A stretch of 64,000 nt of DNA from positions 1,344,001-1,408,000 of the forward strand of contig CBDCMT010000001.1 of NCBI GenBank assembly GCA_965219095.1, read 5' to 3'. Source of the stretch: Bdellovibrionales bacterium. Lineage in GTDB: Bacteria > Bdellovibrionota > Bdellovibrionia > Bdellovibrionales > UBA1609. The position numbers and the translations under genes are program-made. Every line of letters begins with the position of its first letter. Position 1 is the stretch's first letter. Shown one piece after another: positions 10,469 through 20,561 of this stretch. The notes below the pieces were generated by a model that saw only the letters and a list, made by a program, of their open reading frames with translations, made no database searches and was not told the origin of the DNA.

Positions 10469-11669
10469 AACGAAGTCCTTTAGCAATAAGATGCCGTGCT
10501 CCTTTTAAAGAAGGACCATAAGAGGCAAGAAAGCAGATAAAGAGCGAGGAGAGGACAATCAGTAAAATATCAGAAAAAAGAAAATTCACTTCTAAAACGG
10601 ACACATGATAAGTCTTTGAAGGTAGAAAGGACCAAATGTTTTGTGCCTTTGTGAATAAATAGGCTGCTAAAAACCCTAAAAAAACTCCTAAACAAGAACC
10701 TATAAGTCCTATAAAAAGACCTTGAAGACAAAAAACAAAAATTATTTTTTTCTCAGTAAGTCCCATGGATTTTAGAAGACTGATATGAGAGAATTTTTTG
10801 ACCACATTCACATATAAAGTTGATGAAATGTTAAAAGCTGCAATACAAACCATAAGAAGTAAGACAAAAAACAAAGTCATTTTTTGAATTTTAACAGCTT
10901 CAAAAAGATTCGCATAACGTTGCTTGTAATGAAGGATGTCATAATCAAGGCCTTGAGTGAAAAGAATGTTCTTTTTAAATTCTGATGCTTTTTGAGGATC
11001 TTTTAATTTCAAACGAAGCCCTGAAACTTGAAAAGGTTTTTTAAGAGCTTTTTGAAATACCTTAAGATCTGTCATAATGAATCTTTGGTTGTAATCAAAA
11101 CGGCCTAAATCCAAAACCCCTTTAACCCTTAACTTAATTTTTTTAAACTCTCCTTCTGTACCTTGAGCTATGAATAAAACTATAGAAAAAACATCTCCTA
11201 AGGTAAGTTTCATTTTTTTGAAAAAATCTTTGCCTACAAAAGCCCAAGCCACCCCTTCTTGGTAATCATCCATAGAAAAATGGCCCTTTAAAAAACGCTT
11301 CTTAAGGTTTAAAACATGCTTTACACTTTGAGGGCTTACTCCTTCTAACACCACACCAGAAATCTGTCCTTTATGGGTTGCCACTCCATCCATAAGGATA
11401 AAAGGTGTTGAAGCTTCTAGGTCATCTTCAAGGTGTTTGTAGGCTTTTTTTAAAGAATTTTCAGAACTCCAGTATTTTTGTGAAATCACTAGATGTCCAA
11501 AAGAATCTATAAGGCTAGTTTCTAAAGTTTTCTCAAAACCACTCACAATCGACATAGATAAAATCAAAGCTCCTACACCTAAGCTCAAGCCTAAAACTCC
11601 TAGCTGCAAAGTTTTCTGCTTCCAAAAGTTTTTCGATAAAAAATATTTTGCACTTAAAAATAAAATCAT
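10461..11669 (-). CDS. lolC: Lipoprotein-releasing ABC permease LolC/E
   Basis: FtsX/MacB-type topology, MSIVSGF, AAFNISSTL, adjacent to lolD. Confidence 0.88.
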   Translation of the reverse strand: MILFLSAKYFLSKNFWKQKTLQLGVLGLSLGVGALILSMSIVSGFEKTLETSLIDSFGHLVISQKYWSSENSLKKAYKHLEDDLEASTPFILMDGVATHKGQISGVVLEGVSPQSVKHVLNLKKRFLKGHFSMDDYQEGVAWAFVGKDFFKKMKLTLGDVFSIVLFIAQGTEGEFKKIKLRVKGVLDLGRFDYNQRFIMTDLKVFQKALKKPFQVSGLRLKLKDPQKASEFKKNILFTQGLDYDILHYKQRYANLFEAVKIQKMTLFFVLLLMVCIAAFNISSTLYVNVVKKFSHISLLKSMGLTEKKIIFVFCLQGLFIGLIGSCLGVFLGFLAAYLFTKAQNIWSFLPSKTYHVSVLEVNFLFSDILLIVLSSLFICFLASYGPSLKGARHLIAKGLRYE

Positions 11670-12773
11670 GATTCTTTTAAAGACCATCTTAAAAAGGAAT
11701 CCACGAAACTTTGCAAATCACCATCTAAAACTTCATGAGGTTTAGAGGATTCACAAGAGGTGCGATGATCTTTGACCATCTGATAGGGAACTAAAACATA
11801 AGACAAAATCTGACTGCCCCATTCATTGGCTTTTTTTAAAGCATCCATCTTTCCTTTTTCTTCATCCCTTTTCCTAAGCTCTCGTTGGTAAAGGGCAGCC
11901 TTTAACATTTTCAAACACTCTTGTCTGTTGGCTAATTGGCTTCTTTGGCTTTGGCATTGAACTGTTGTATGAGTGGGAAGATGAACCATACGAACTGCTG
12001 AATCGGTACGATTCACATGTTGTCCTCCTTTTCCACCAGCTCTATAAGTATCAACTCTTAAATCCTCATTTTTAATTTCAATTTCAATTTCATCATCCAC
12101 TTCAGGCCACAAAAACACAGCTGCAAAACTTGTGTGTCGCCTTTTATTGGCATCAAAGGGGCTGATTCGCACCAAACGATGCACTCCCGAAAAGGCTTTC
12201 AAGTAACCGTAGGCAAAACTTCCCTCTACTAAAACCTGAACCGATTTGAGACCAGCCTCATCACCCTCTGTTAAGGAAAGAATTTTCGCCTTAAAACCTT
12301 GTTTTTCGCTATATTTGAGAAACATTCTCAATAAAATTTCAGCCCAATCAGAAGCCTCCGTTCCCCCAGCTCCAGAATGAATGGAAAGATAACTATTATG
12401 AGAGTCCATTTTACCACTTAATAAATTCTTGATTTCTAAATGAGACATTTCTTTTTTCATAAACTCAATGTTCTGAAACAATTCTTCTTGCATAGAATGG
12501 TCATAGTCTTCTTGTAAAATTTCAACTAAGGCTTCAGAATCTTCAAAGCATGAAGCTAAACTCTCCCATTGTCCTAACACTTTTTTTAACAAGGATTTTT
12601 CTTCATTGATGTTTTTAAGTTTTTTATGATCATTCCATACTTCGGGAAGCTCAATTTGTTTTCCTAACTCTTTAACTTGAGATTTTTTAGTCTCAATGTC
12701 AAAGATACCCCCTAAGATGTTTGAGCCCTTCCCTTATTTCCTGCAAAATTTGAATTTGTTCTTCGATTGGCAA
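11666..12773 (-). CDS. prfB: Peptide chain release factor 2 with programmed +1 frameshift
   Basis: TTG start at 12773 after AAGGAG; AGGGGG-TAT-CTT-TGA-C shift site; SPF and GGQ motifs. Confidence 0.97.
12698..12713 (-). promoter_or_regulatory. prfB frameshift signal (internal SD AGGGGG + CTTTGAC)
   Basis: Matches the canonical RF2 autoregulatory site. Confidence 0.95.
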
Positions 12774-13495
12774 AAGGCTTAAAACTCCTTAAAAAATTTA
12801 ACTTTTCATAGGAGGGCTGGAAAACCCTCTATAAAAATTAAGATAAACCAATTCCTCTCTGAAAAGCAAGCTCTCAAAACCTATTTTTCAAGAGAAAAGC
12901 CTTTTTAGCAAAAAAAGCTAAGGCCTTTAATGTCCTAAATATGGGGGCTTTTCCCACATGAGTTTTTTTGAAAACTTCAAAAGTACTGTTTTTTTCAATA
13001 AGTAATTTCTCTAATTTTTCCTGCTACATAAGGGGGATTATGGTTTATGAAGTCATCTCGAACTTGAAATTTCCTTTAATTTTTCTCACTTTTTACTTTT
13101 TTCTTTTTCTCATTGATTTTAGGCCTTAGAGATTTAAACAAAAACCCATTCCTATACTAGACATTTTTAAACCAAAAGAATAAAACCTCACCCTTTCATG
13201 CCCCCAAAACGCTTTCTTAAAATCCTTAACAAAATGAGAAAGAGCTTCTTCTTCAAAACCCTTTCTTAAGAGTCCTTGAAGGGGGCTTTTGTAAAACAAG
13301 ACCTACTAAGACCTGCAAAGATAAGAAGAAGGCTTCAACAACTTTTGTCACTATATGTCATTCTCTTTTAGACTAGACAAAGCCTCTTAATTTACTTATC
13401 TTAATGCAGAGTAAAACTAAGTGCAAGGAGTGTGAAGTTGTAAGAGGTCAAAAAGAGTTTTTGTTTAAAAGCCACCTCTTACTGAAAAGATTTTT

Positions 13496-13687
13496 ATGAA
13501 ACAGAAAACCCATAGTGGGGCCAAAAAACGTTTTAAGGCTTTATCTAAAGGCAAGATCAAGAGAAAACAGGCAGGAAAGAGGCATTTACTTTCTCCTCAC
13601 TCATCAAAGAACAAAAGGCAACTAGGTCTTACAAAATATGTCCATCCCACAAATAAAAAAGCCATCAAAGCTCAGTTGGTTATATAA
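13496..13687 (+). CDS. rpmI: 50S ribosomal protein L35
   Basis: [16 protein letters not shown]. Confidence 0.97.
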   Translation: MKQKTHSGAKKRFKALSKGKIKRKQAGKRHLLSPHSSKNKRQLGLTKYVHPTNKKAIKAQLVI

Positions 13688-13697
13688 GGAGTTTGTT

Positions 13698-14048
13698 ATG
13701 AGAGTGAAAAGAGGGGTTGTTGCCAGACGAAGACGTAAGAAAATTTTAAAAAGAGCTAAAGGTTATTATTCAGCAGGTAGCCGGTGTTTTATTACAGCTA
13801 TAGAAAGATCTGATAGAGCTTTGGCTTACGCTTATCGTGATCGTCGTCAAAGACGTAGAGAGTTTAGAAAACTTTGGATTCAGAGAATTAACGCAGCCAC
13901 TAGACAAAATGGCACTAATTATTCGCTCTTTATGGGTGCTTTAGCTAAGTCAAAGGTGTGTCTTAATCGGAAAACATTAGCTGATTTAGCAGTTCATGAT
14001 AAGACAGCTTTCAGTATCTTAGTACAACAAGTCACTTCAACCTCTTAA
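13698..14048 (+). CDS. rplT: 50S ribosomal protein L20
   Basis: [34 protein letters not shown] before 13698. Confidence 0.97.
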   Translation: MRVKRGVVARRRRKKILKRAKGYYSAGSRCFITAIERSDRALAYAYRDRRQRRREFRKLWIQRINAATRQNGTNYSLFMGALAKSKVCLNRKTLADLAVHDKTAFSILVQQVTSTS

Positions 14049-14060
14049 AACTTAAATAAA

Positions 14061-15344
14061 ATGCTTGATTTGAAAGGTTTTTCTAAGCTCAATCGTAAAG
14101 AAAGATTTAAAAAGCTCATTGAAATAGGGGCTTTAACTTTAGAAGATGTTAAGTATTTACAAACCTCTAGCGGTTTGGATTTAAACTTAGCTGAACATTT
14201 CATTGAAAATGTTATTGGCTATTTCCACTTGCCTTTAGGTGTGGCTACGCACTTGGTGATTGACAAGAAAAAGTACACCGTCCCTATGGCCGTTGAAGAG
14301 ACTTCTATTATCGCAGCTTTAAGTAAAACAGCTAAATGGCTTGTTAAACAAAAAGCAGAGATCACAACAGAGGTCATAGGTCATAACCATATAGGACAGG
14401 TTCAAATTTCTGAAGTGAAAAACTTTAAAAAACTTTCAAATTTTTTAAAACAACAGGGAACAAACCTCATTGAAGACGTTAATAAAAAAATAGCTTATGG
14501 ACTTGTTCGTAGAGGCGGAGGAGTGAAGCAACTCTCTTTAAGAAAGATTCAACGTTCTGACAAAAAAACTATGGCTGTTGTTCATGTGGAGGTGAACACC
14601 TGCGATGCTATGGGAGCTAACATCATCAACCAAATTGTAGAGTATCTAAAACGTCCCTTAGAAGATGCTACTGGTGAAACTGTAAGTATGTGCATTTTAT
14701 CTAATCTTGTGGATACAAAAGTCACAAAAGCTTATGTAAAAATCGATCATCTTCCCGGAGCTTTTTGTAAAAAAATTGAAGAGGCAAGTCTCTTTGCAGA
14801 ACATGATCCTTATCGTGCTACAACTCACAATAAAGGGGTACTCAACGGTATTGATCCTCTCCTCATTGCTACAGGAAACGACTGGCGTGCTGTAGAGGCA
14901 GGAATCCATGCCTATGCCACACGCAAGGGCGGTTATCAACCTATTACTATATGGAGAAAAAAATCCACAAGTCTTTTAGGAACATTTCAAGCTCCTGTGA
15001 TTGTTGCTACTGTAGGAGGGGTTACGCATCTTCACCCTACAGCACAAATTAGTTTAAAAATGCTGGGAGTAAAGACATCTTGTGAGCTTTCAAGAGTTTG
15101 TGCTGCTGTAGGCTTAGTACAAAATTTAGGAGCCCTACATGCTCTTGTCACAAAAGGCATTATTGAAGGTCATATGAAGCTTCATATTAAAAATTTGATT
15201 TTAGGTGCAGGTGCAAAGAATGAAGAGATTCATGACTTAGAAAATAAATTGGAAAAAATTTTAATGTTTCATAAGAAAGTTTCTTTAAAGGATGCTGTAG
15301 AAGCTTTAAAAGATATGAGAAGAGAGCAGGATTGTTTAAATTAA
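14061..15344 (+). CDS. mvaA: HMG-CoA reductase, class II
   Basis: ENVIG, PMAVEETS, DAMGAN, ATTHNKG, GNDWRAVEA, GHMKLH. Confidence 0.95.
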   Translation: MLDLKGFSKLNRKERFKKLIEIGALTLEDVKYLQTSSGLDLNLAEHFIENVIGYFHLPLGVATHLVIDKKKYTVPMAVEETSIIAALSKTAKWLVKQKAEITTEVIGHNHIGQVQISEVKNFKKLSNFLKQQGTNLIEDVNKKIAYGLVRRGGGVKQLSLRKIQRSDKKTMAVVHVEVNTCDAMGANIINQIVEYLKRPLEDATGETVSMCILSNLVDTKVTKAYVKIDHLPGAFCKKIEEASLFAEHDPYRATTHNKGVLNGIDPLLIATGNDWRAVEAGIHAYATRKGGYQPITIWRKKSTSLLGTFQAPVIVATVGGVTHLHPTAQISLKMLGVKTSCELSRVCAAVGLVQNLGALHALVTKGIIEGHMKLHIKNLILGAGAKNEEIHDLENKLEKILMFHKKVSLKDAVEALKDMRREQDCLN

Positions 15345-16216
15345 AGACAAATCCAGCAAAATCTTTTTCAGTACCTAGTAAAACCTTTATTTTAGGTGAG
15401 TATGCTGTTTTGCTTGGAAAACCTTGCGTATTTGTTAACACACAGCCTCGATTTCAAATGGTTATTAAAGAAGGCTCAGGGCAATTTAAAAACATGGATG
15501 AGCGAGCCTGCTTATGGATTAAAAAGAAAGCCTCTCATTTTAAAAACTTTGACTTTGAGTTTCAAAATGATTGTTTCTCAGGAGGCTTAGGGGCTTCTAG
15601 TGCTCAATTTCTCATACTTCACCAGTGGATGAAAAAAACAAAGGCTCAAGAACTTTTAGAAGACTATAAAACACAAACAACACAAGATCACAGATCAAAA
15701 TTTTCCCCTAGTGGAGCCGACCTTATGGCTCAGTTCTCAGGGGGTTTAGGTGTTTACAGGCCTAAGCCTTTTAGTTTAGAAACACTAGGCTGGCCTTTTA
15801 AAGAGTATAGTTTTATGATTCTTAGAACCTCTTATAAAATAAACACCTATGAACATTTACAAAATTTAAAAGTCTTGTCCTCTTGTTTCTCAAATAACCT
15901 CTCCGTTCTTATAGAGAAATCCATTGAGGGTTTTAAAAAGGAAGACATTTTTTTATTTTGTGAATCTTTGAAGCAATTTTATAAAAACCTTCTTTTAGAG
16001 GGTTTAGTTTGTGAAATGACAGAGGCTTTAATCGAAGAATTTCAAAGAAGCTGTCTTTTTTTAGCTTCAAAAGGCTGTGGAGCCTTAGGAGCGGATACTG
16101 TTTTTTGTGTTTTCCGAAAGGAAAAAGCTAAGGATGTGAAAGAGTGGTTAAGAAAAAAAGATTTAAGATTTATAGCCTCTGAAGAACATATTTCAGAAGG
16201 CTTAAAAGAGTTATGA
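15332..16216 (+). CDS. GHMP kinase (mevalonate or phosphomevalonate kinase)
   Basis: PSKTFILGEY, GLGASSA, PSGAD, KGCGALGAD; between mvaA and mvaD. Confidence 0.85.
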   Translation: MFKLKTNPAKSFSVPSKTFILGEYAVLLGKPCVFVNTQPRFQMVIKEGSGQFKNMDERACLWIKKKASHFKNFDFEFQNDCFSGGLGASSAQFLILHQWMKKTKAQELLEDYKTQTTQDHRSKFSPSGADLMAQFSGGLGVYRPKPFSLETLGWPFKEYSFMILRTSYKINTYEHLQNLKVLSSCFSNNLSVLIEKSIEGFKKEDIFLFCESLKQFYKNLLLEGLVCEMTEALIEEFQRSCLFLASKGCGALGADTVFCVFRKEKAKDVKEWLRKKDLRFIASEEHISEGLKEL

Positions 16217-17118
16217 GAAAAGTCTTTCGAGTACAAGCACCTTCTAACGTAGCTCTTATTAAATACATGGGGAAAAAAGATTTCTCTTTGAATATACCTT
16301 ATAACTCATCCCTATCCTACACTCTTGAAAACTTTTTTACTTGTGTTGAAATTACAGAGTCTCAAAAAAATCAAGATCACTGGAAACCTCTTAAGAAAAA
16401 GGGGCTTTATCCTATAAGCCTTTCTCAAACAGCCCAAAAAAGATTTCTTAAACACTTTCAATTTTTAAAAGAACATTTAGGGATTAAAGGGGTTTTTACT
16501 GTTTCTTCAGCTAACAACTTTCCCTCTGACTGTGGTTTAGCAAGTTCTGCTTCTAGCTTTGCAGCTCTCACAGCTTGTGTTAATGAAATGTTAGAAAAAA
16601 AACTTGATCCTCTTAAGTTAGCACGTCTGAGTCAAAGAAGTTCAGGTTCATCATGCCGTTCTTTTTTTTCTCCTTGGGTTCTTTGGCAAGAAAAGAGTAT
16701 AAAACCTTTGAACCTACCTGAATTAGAACACAGTCTTATCTTAGTGAATTCTCAAAAAAAGCACATTTCATCTTCTCAAGCTCACAGAAGGGTTTTGACA
16801 AGCCCTTTCTATCCACAAAGAGTTGATAGCACTCAAAAAAGAATTCAAAAGCTCATAGAGTGTTTAAAAAAACACCTCTGGCAAGAGGCTTTTCATATTT
16901 GCTGGGATGAATTTGAAGACATGCATCAGCTTTTTGAGACCAGCTACCCTGCTTTTTCCTATAAAACTTCAAAAACTAGGGCCATTTTAAAAGAGATTAA
17001 AAAAAGATGGAATCAATTAAAAGATGGGCCTCTTGTCACCATGGACGCAGGCCCCAATATCCACCTTTTGTGGAGAAAAAACTCACCCCACAAAGACTCT
17101 TTTTATTTTAAACCATAA
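16213..17118 (+). CDS. mvaD: Diphosphomevalonate decarboxylase
   Basis: NVALIKYMGK, GLASSASSFAA, SGSSCRS, TMDAGPNIH. Confidence 0.93.
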   Translation: MRKVFRVQAPSNVALIKYMGKKDFSLNIPYNSSLSYTLENFFTCVEITESQKNQDHWKPLKKKGLYPISLSQTAQKRFLKHFQFLKEHLGIKGVFTVSSANNFPSDCGLASSASSFAALTACVNEMLEKKLDPLKLARLSQRSSGSSCRSFFSPWVLWQEKSIKPLNLPELEHSLILVNSQKKHISSSQAHRRVLTSPFYPQRVDSTQKRIQKLIECLKKHLWQEAFHICWDEFEDMHQLFETSYPAFSYKTSKTRAILKEIKKRWNQLKDGPLVTMDAGPNIHLLWRKNSPHKDSFYFKP

Positions 17119-17120
17119 CC

Positions 17121-17146
17121 TGTCAGATTAAGTCACAACTATTACA
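17121..17146. mobile_element. IS481-like end remnant (second copy at 42401-42426)
   Basis: Reverse complement TGTAATAGTTGTGACTTAATCTGACA, TGT terminus, repeated. Confidence 0.45.
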
Positions 17147-17409
17147 ATTAAGTCGATACAAAAGAAAACTTCACAGAAGAAGAAGTTCAGTTGAGGCAAT
17201 CATTGGTCATATGAAAATAGATTCTCGTATGGGAAGAAACTTTCTATTAACCCGAGTTTCGATTTTTATATAGTGCTTCCGTTTAGGTTTTCCTACAGAC
17301 AGCCGTCTTTATTACAAAGCTTTGAAGACTTTAGTTCACAGGGCTAAAAAAGAGGGTTTAGTTTTACGTCAAAGCTATAAAAGAAAGGCCAAGGAGTGTT
17401 TGTTTAAGA

Positions 17410-17489
17410 GTAACTGCTCACTCTCGTAAGTTTTTATTTAAAGCCATCTCTATGGCTTTAAATAAAAACTTAAAGGGGTGAGCAGTTAC
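17410..17489. repeat. 80-bp palindromic mini-element made of two IS66 right ends
   Basis: GTAACTGCTCAC...GTGAGCAGTTAC joined at AAGCCAT-CTCT-ATGGCTT. Confidence 0.85.
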
Positions 17490-17866
17490 AAATCGATGTG
17501 GAATCAATAAATGATATGCCGGTGGTTTTACTCATAAGGCTTGTCGAGAAAAGAAACATCAAAAAAGCCATGTCTTTTTTGATGTTCACAAATCGGGAGT
17601 AAGACAACATTTTAGGAAAATAAGATTTAAGATAGACTTCTGCAAACTGATAAAAGGCTTTAAAATTCCTAAAGCCAGAACTTTGGAAAAGCAAGATAGA
17701 GAGTGATAATTTCGCTGGGAGATAAGCAGAAGAAAAACCTCCTTTATTTTTGGCAAACCAGTTCTGGATGCTGCTGTATGAGAGGAGTTAAAATCATCGA
17801 CAAGAACATAAATTGATATGATATAATTAGAATTAAACATCTTAGACCTCCTTGTATGTTTTTTTA

Positions 17867-19388
17867 GGCTCCTCCCGGGAATCTGTGGGTGAAAAGTAGT
17901 AGAAATCCCCCAAAAGAGCTCATATTAATCAAAGTAAGAGTAAGACATTCTATCTTGTATTTTTGAGTTCTTTGAGGCCCTTACTGGCCTCTATCACCTC
18001 CGGTGATTGAACTCAAAAACATTCATTTTATTTGCTTTTATTTGCTGTATTACATTAAAATTTTAAAAAAGAAGCACCTACTTCCCAGATGCCTTAAAAT
18101 GTTATTCAAAAAAAAAAAAAAAAGGAGGGAAGAGATGCTTTTGAAGACTATACTAAATGATTGTTTAAGATGGAAGTCTTTTGTATACGGAGACATTTAT
18201 TTTTCAAAAGATAGAAAGTCAATTAATGTTCCTATTAAGGCTCGTAAAAATGGCCAAGCTTTTTGTAGTGTTTGTAAGAAGCCCTGTTCAGTGTATGACA
18301 GCAGTAAATCATCACGGGACTTTGAATCCCTTCCTATTTTAAGTTACAGGGTGTTTTTTGTTTATTTTGTAAGAAGAGTTAATTGTTCTTGCTGTGGAGT
18401 AAAAGTTGAGTATTTACCTTGGGCAGATGGGAAGAAAAACCTAACAATTTTTTACATGAAGTACTTAGCTGACTGGTGTCGTCACCTGTCTTGGAAAGAG
18501 GTTTCTTGTAAGTTTCATGTCAGTTGGAATCAGGTCTATGCTTTGGTAGAATGGGTCGTAGAATATGGTTTAAAACAAAGGGTTTTAAAGGGAATACAAG
18601 CTATAGGTGTAGATGAAATACAATGGAAAAAGAACCATCAGTATCTCACCTTAGTCTATGAAATAAGCAAAGAAAGTGTTCGTTTGCTATGGATAGGAGA
18701 AAAAAGAACAGAAAAGAGTTTTAGAAAATTCTTTGATTTACTAGGAGAGAAGTCAAAAGATATACAGTTTGTGTGTTCTGATATGTGGAAGCCCTATTTA
18801 AAAGTAATAAAGGAAAGGGCAAGTCAAGCTTTGAATATATTAGATCGGTTTCATATCGTAGCAAGACTCAATAAGGCTTTAGATGAAGTGAGAGCTTCAG
18901 AACACAAAAAAATGAAAGAAGACGGGTATGAACCCCTTTTAACAAAAGCTAGATGGCCCTTGTTAAAAAATGCAGAAAATTTAAAATCTTATGAAAAAGT
19001 AAAATTAAGGCATTTAATACAGTACAATTTAAAAAGTATCCGCTGTTATTTTTTAAAAGAAGACTTCCGACAGTTATGGACCTATGTTTCACCAACTTGG
19101 GCTGGTAAATTTATAGACAGTTGGACGAAACGAGTCATGCTTTCAAAAATTGAACCTATGAAAAGAGAAGCAAAAACCATACGAAGACATAAGCTACTTA
19201 TTCTTAATTACTTCAAGGCTAAAAAAACCTTCTCCTCAGGGATTGTAGAGGGTTTAAACAACAAAGTAAAACTCACTATGAGAAAATCTTACGGCTTTAG
19301 AACCTCTAAAGCTATAAAAATCGCCTTATATCATAACCTTGGAAAACTGCCAGAACCTCCGGGAACCCACAGATTCTTTTGAGGAGGC
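17867..19388 (+). mobile_element. Complete ISL3-family IS (transposase 18135-19382)
   Basis: IRs, 8-bp TSD TTTTTTTA, intact ORF. Confidence 0.95.
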
Positions 19389-19702
19389 TTTTTTTATAAC
19401 TCTCAAGTAGTTTTTCCTTGTAAGTTGCTTCTTCAAGAAAATCTTACAAAGGTCTGAGGTGTTTGTTGATATCAGCTAACCTTTGGCCATGAAAAAAGTC
19501 GAAACTCGGGTTAGTAGTTGCAACTTATGACAAATTTTGGTAGTTTTTAAAGGGTACCGGGTACGACTCACTTATTGACTCTTTTAATTGGGTCTATTGA
19601 AAATATATGAACGTTATGCATTAAAAATGCCAAGCTAACCTTTGTAACTGGTATAATGGCTTGTCAAAGAAAATTTTTTTTGTAAAATTTAAGAAATAGG
19701 GA

Positions 19703-20194
19703 ATGAAGGAGAAAATCACTATGAATGAAATTAAAGAAAAACCAAAAAAGAAAAGAAGTATTAAAAACATTTTAATATACTCTAGAGGGCAATTACCTCT
19801 TATTATATTTACATCAATTTTCACAATTATTTTATTTCAATTTTTCTTGTTCTCTAGTAATTCTGTTCAAACTCATTTATCTAGAATATTAGATGTATAC
19901 CTCCTTGGATTTGAGAACAAAACAATCATCATGACTCAAGTTGATAAAGAGCTTTTCAGATATTTATCTATGGTAGTGTTGATTATGGGAGGGTTTCTTA
20001 TTTTGATGAACACTGCTCTTCTCATAGAAACACATAGAGTCTTTGGAGCTGCCCGAAACATAAAAAGATATATTGATGAAAAGCTTTGTAAGAAAAGGTA
20101 TGATGATCCTCTAAAACTTCGTAAAAATGATTATTTACAAGATGTCGCAAAAAGCCTCAATGGGCTAAGAGAAAAGTTAAAGGACTCTAAATAG
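19703..20194 (+). CDS. Two-TM membrane protein with HAMP-like C-terminus
   Basis: Two hydrophobic helices followed by THRVFGA...LRKNDYLQDVAKSLN. Confidence 0.7.
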   Translation: MKEKITMNEIKEKPKKKRSIKNILIYSRGQLPLIIFTSIFTIILFQFFLFSSNSVQTHLSRILDVYLLGFENKTIIMTQVDKELFRYLSMVVLIMGGFLILMNTALLIETHRVFGAARNIKRYIDEKLCKKRYDDPLKLRKNDYLQDVAKSLNGLREKLKDSK

Positions 20195-20560
20195 TCGAAC
20201 GTGAAAAATGCACAAACAGCTAAAAACACTTGTTTTTTTGTAATTTTTGCATAAAAATAATTGCAAGGAAGTGGAAAAACAGATAAAAAACCTTGCAAAA
20301 CAGAAAGGAAAAAAGATGAGGCCAAAAGACATGTTCAGCACACAAAAGAGAAGCCCTCTTAATTTTAGAGTAAACGACATTGTTCATAAGAAGCATCCGC
20401 TTGTCATTTTAGCTAATAAAATAGACTGGGATCGTTTTGATAAAATTTTTGGTTCGAAGTATGATGAAAAAAAAGGTCGTCCAGGTCTTTCAACTCGTTT
20501 AATGGTGGGACTTCAGTGCTTGAAATACATTTATAATTTAAGTGACAAGAAGACAATAGA
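20193..20560 (+). mobile_element. IS5-family left fragment (same element as 52784-54349)
   Basis: TAGTCGAACGTGAAAAATG end and truncated transposase N-terminus. Confidence 0.9.
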
Positions 20561-20561
20561 A

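Larger units (their letters stand above)
17250..19511 (-). mobile_element. IS982-family IS remnant (transposase fragments 17470-17840) with nested inserts
   Basis: IR ACCCGAGTTTCGA at both ends; motifs YVLVDDF, FRNFKAFY, SYSRF, FIDST. Confidence 0.8.

Noticed and set aside
12790..13490. ncRNA or infC remnant in the 700-bp intergenic region
   Set aside because: Only weak short repeats; no recognisable structure or reading frame
18003..18134. N-terminally extended 459-aa ISL3 transposase
   Set aside because: The extension depends on poly-A length; the GGAGG RBS supports a start at 18135
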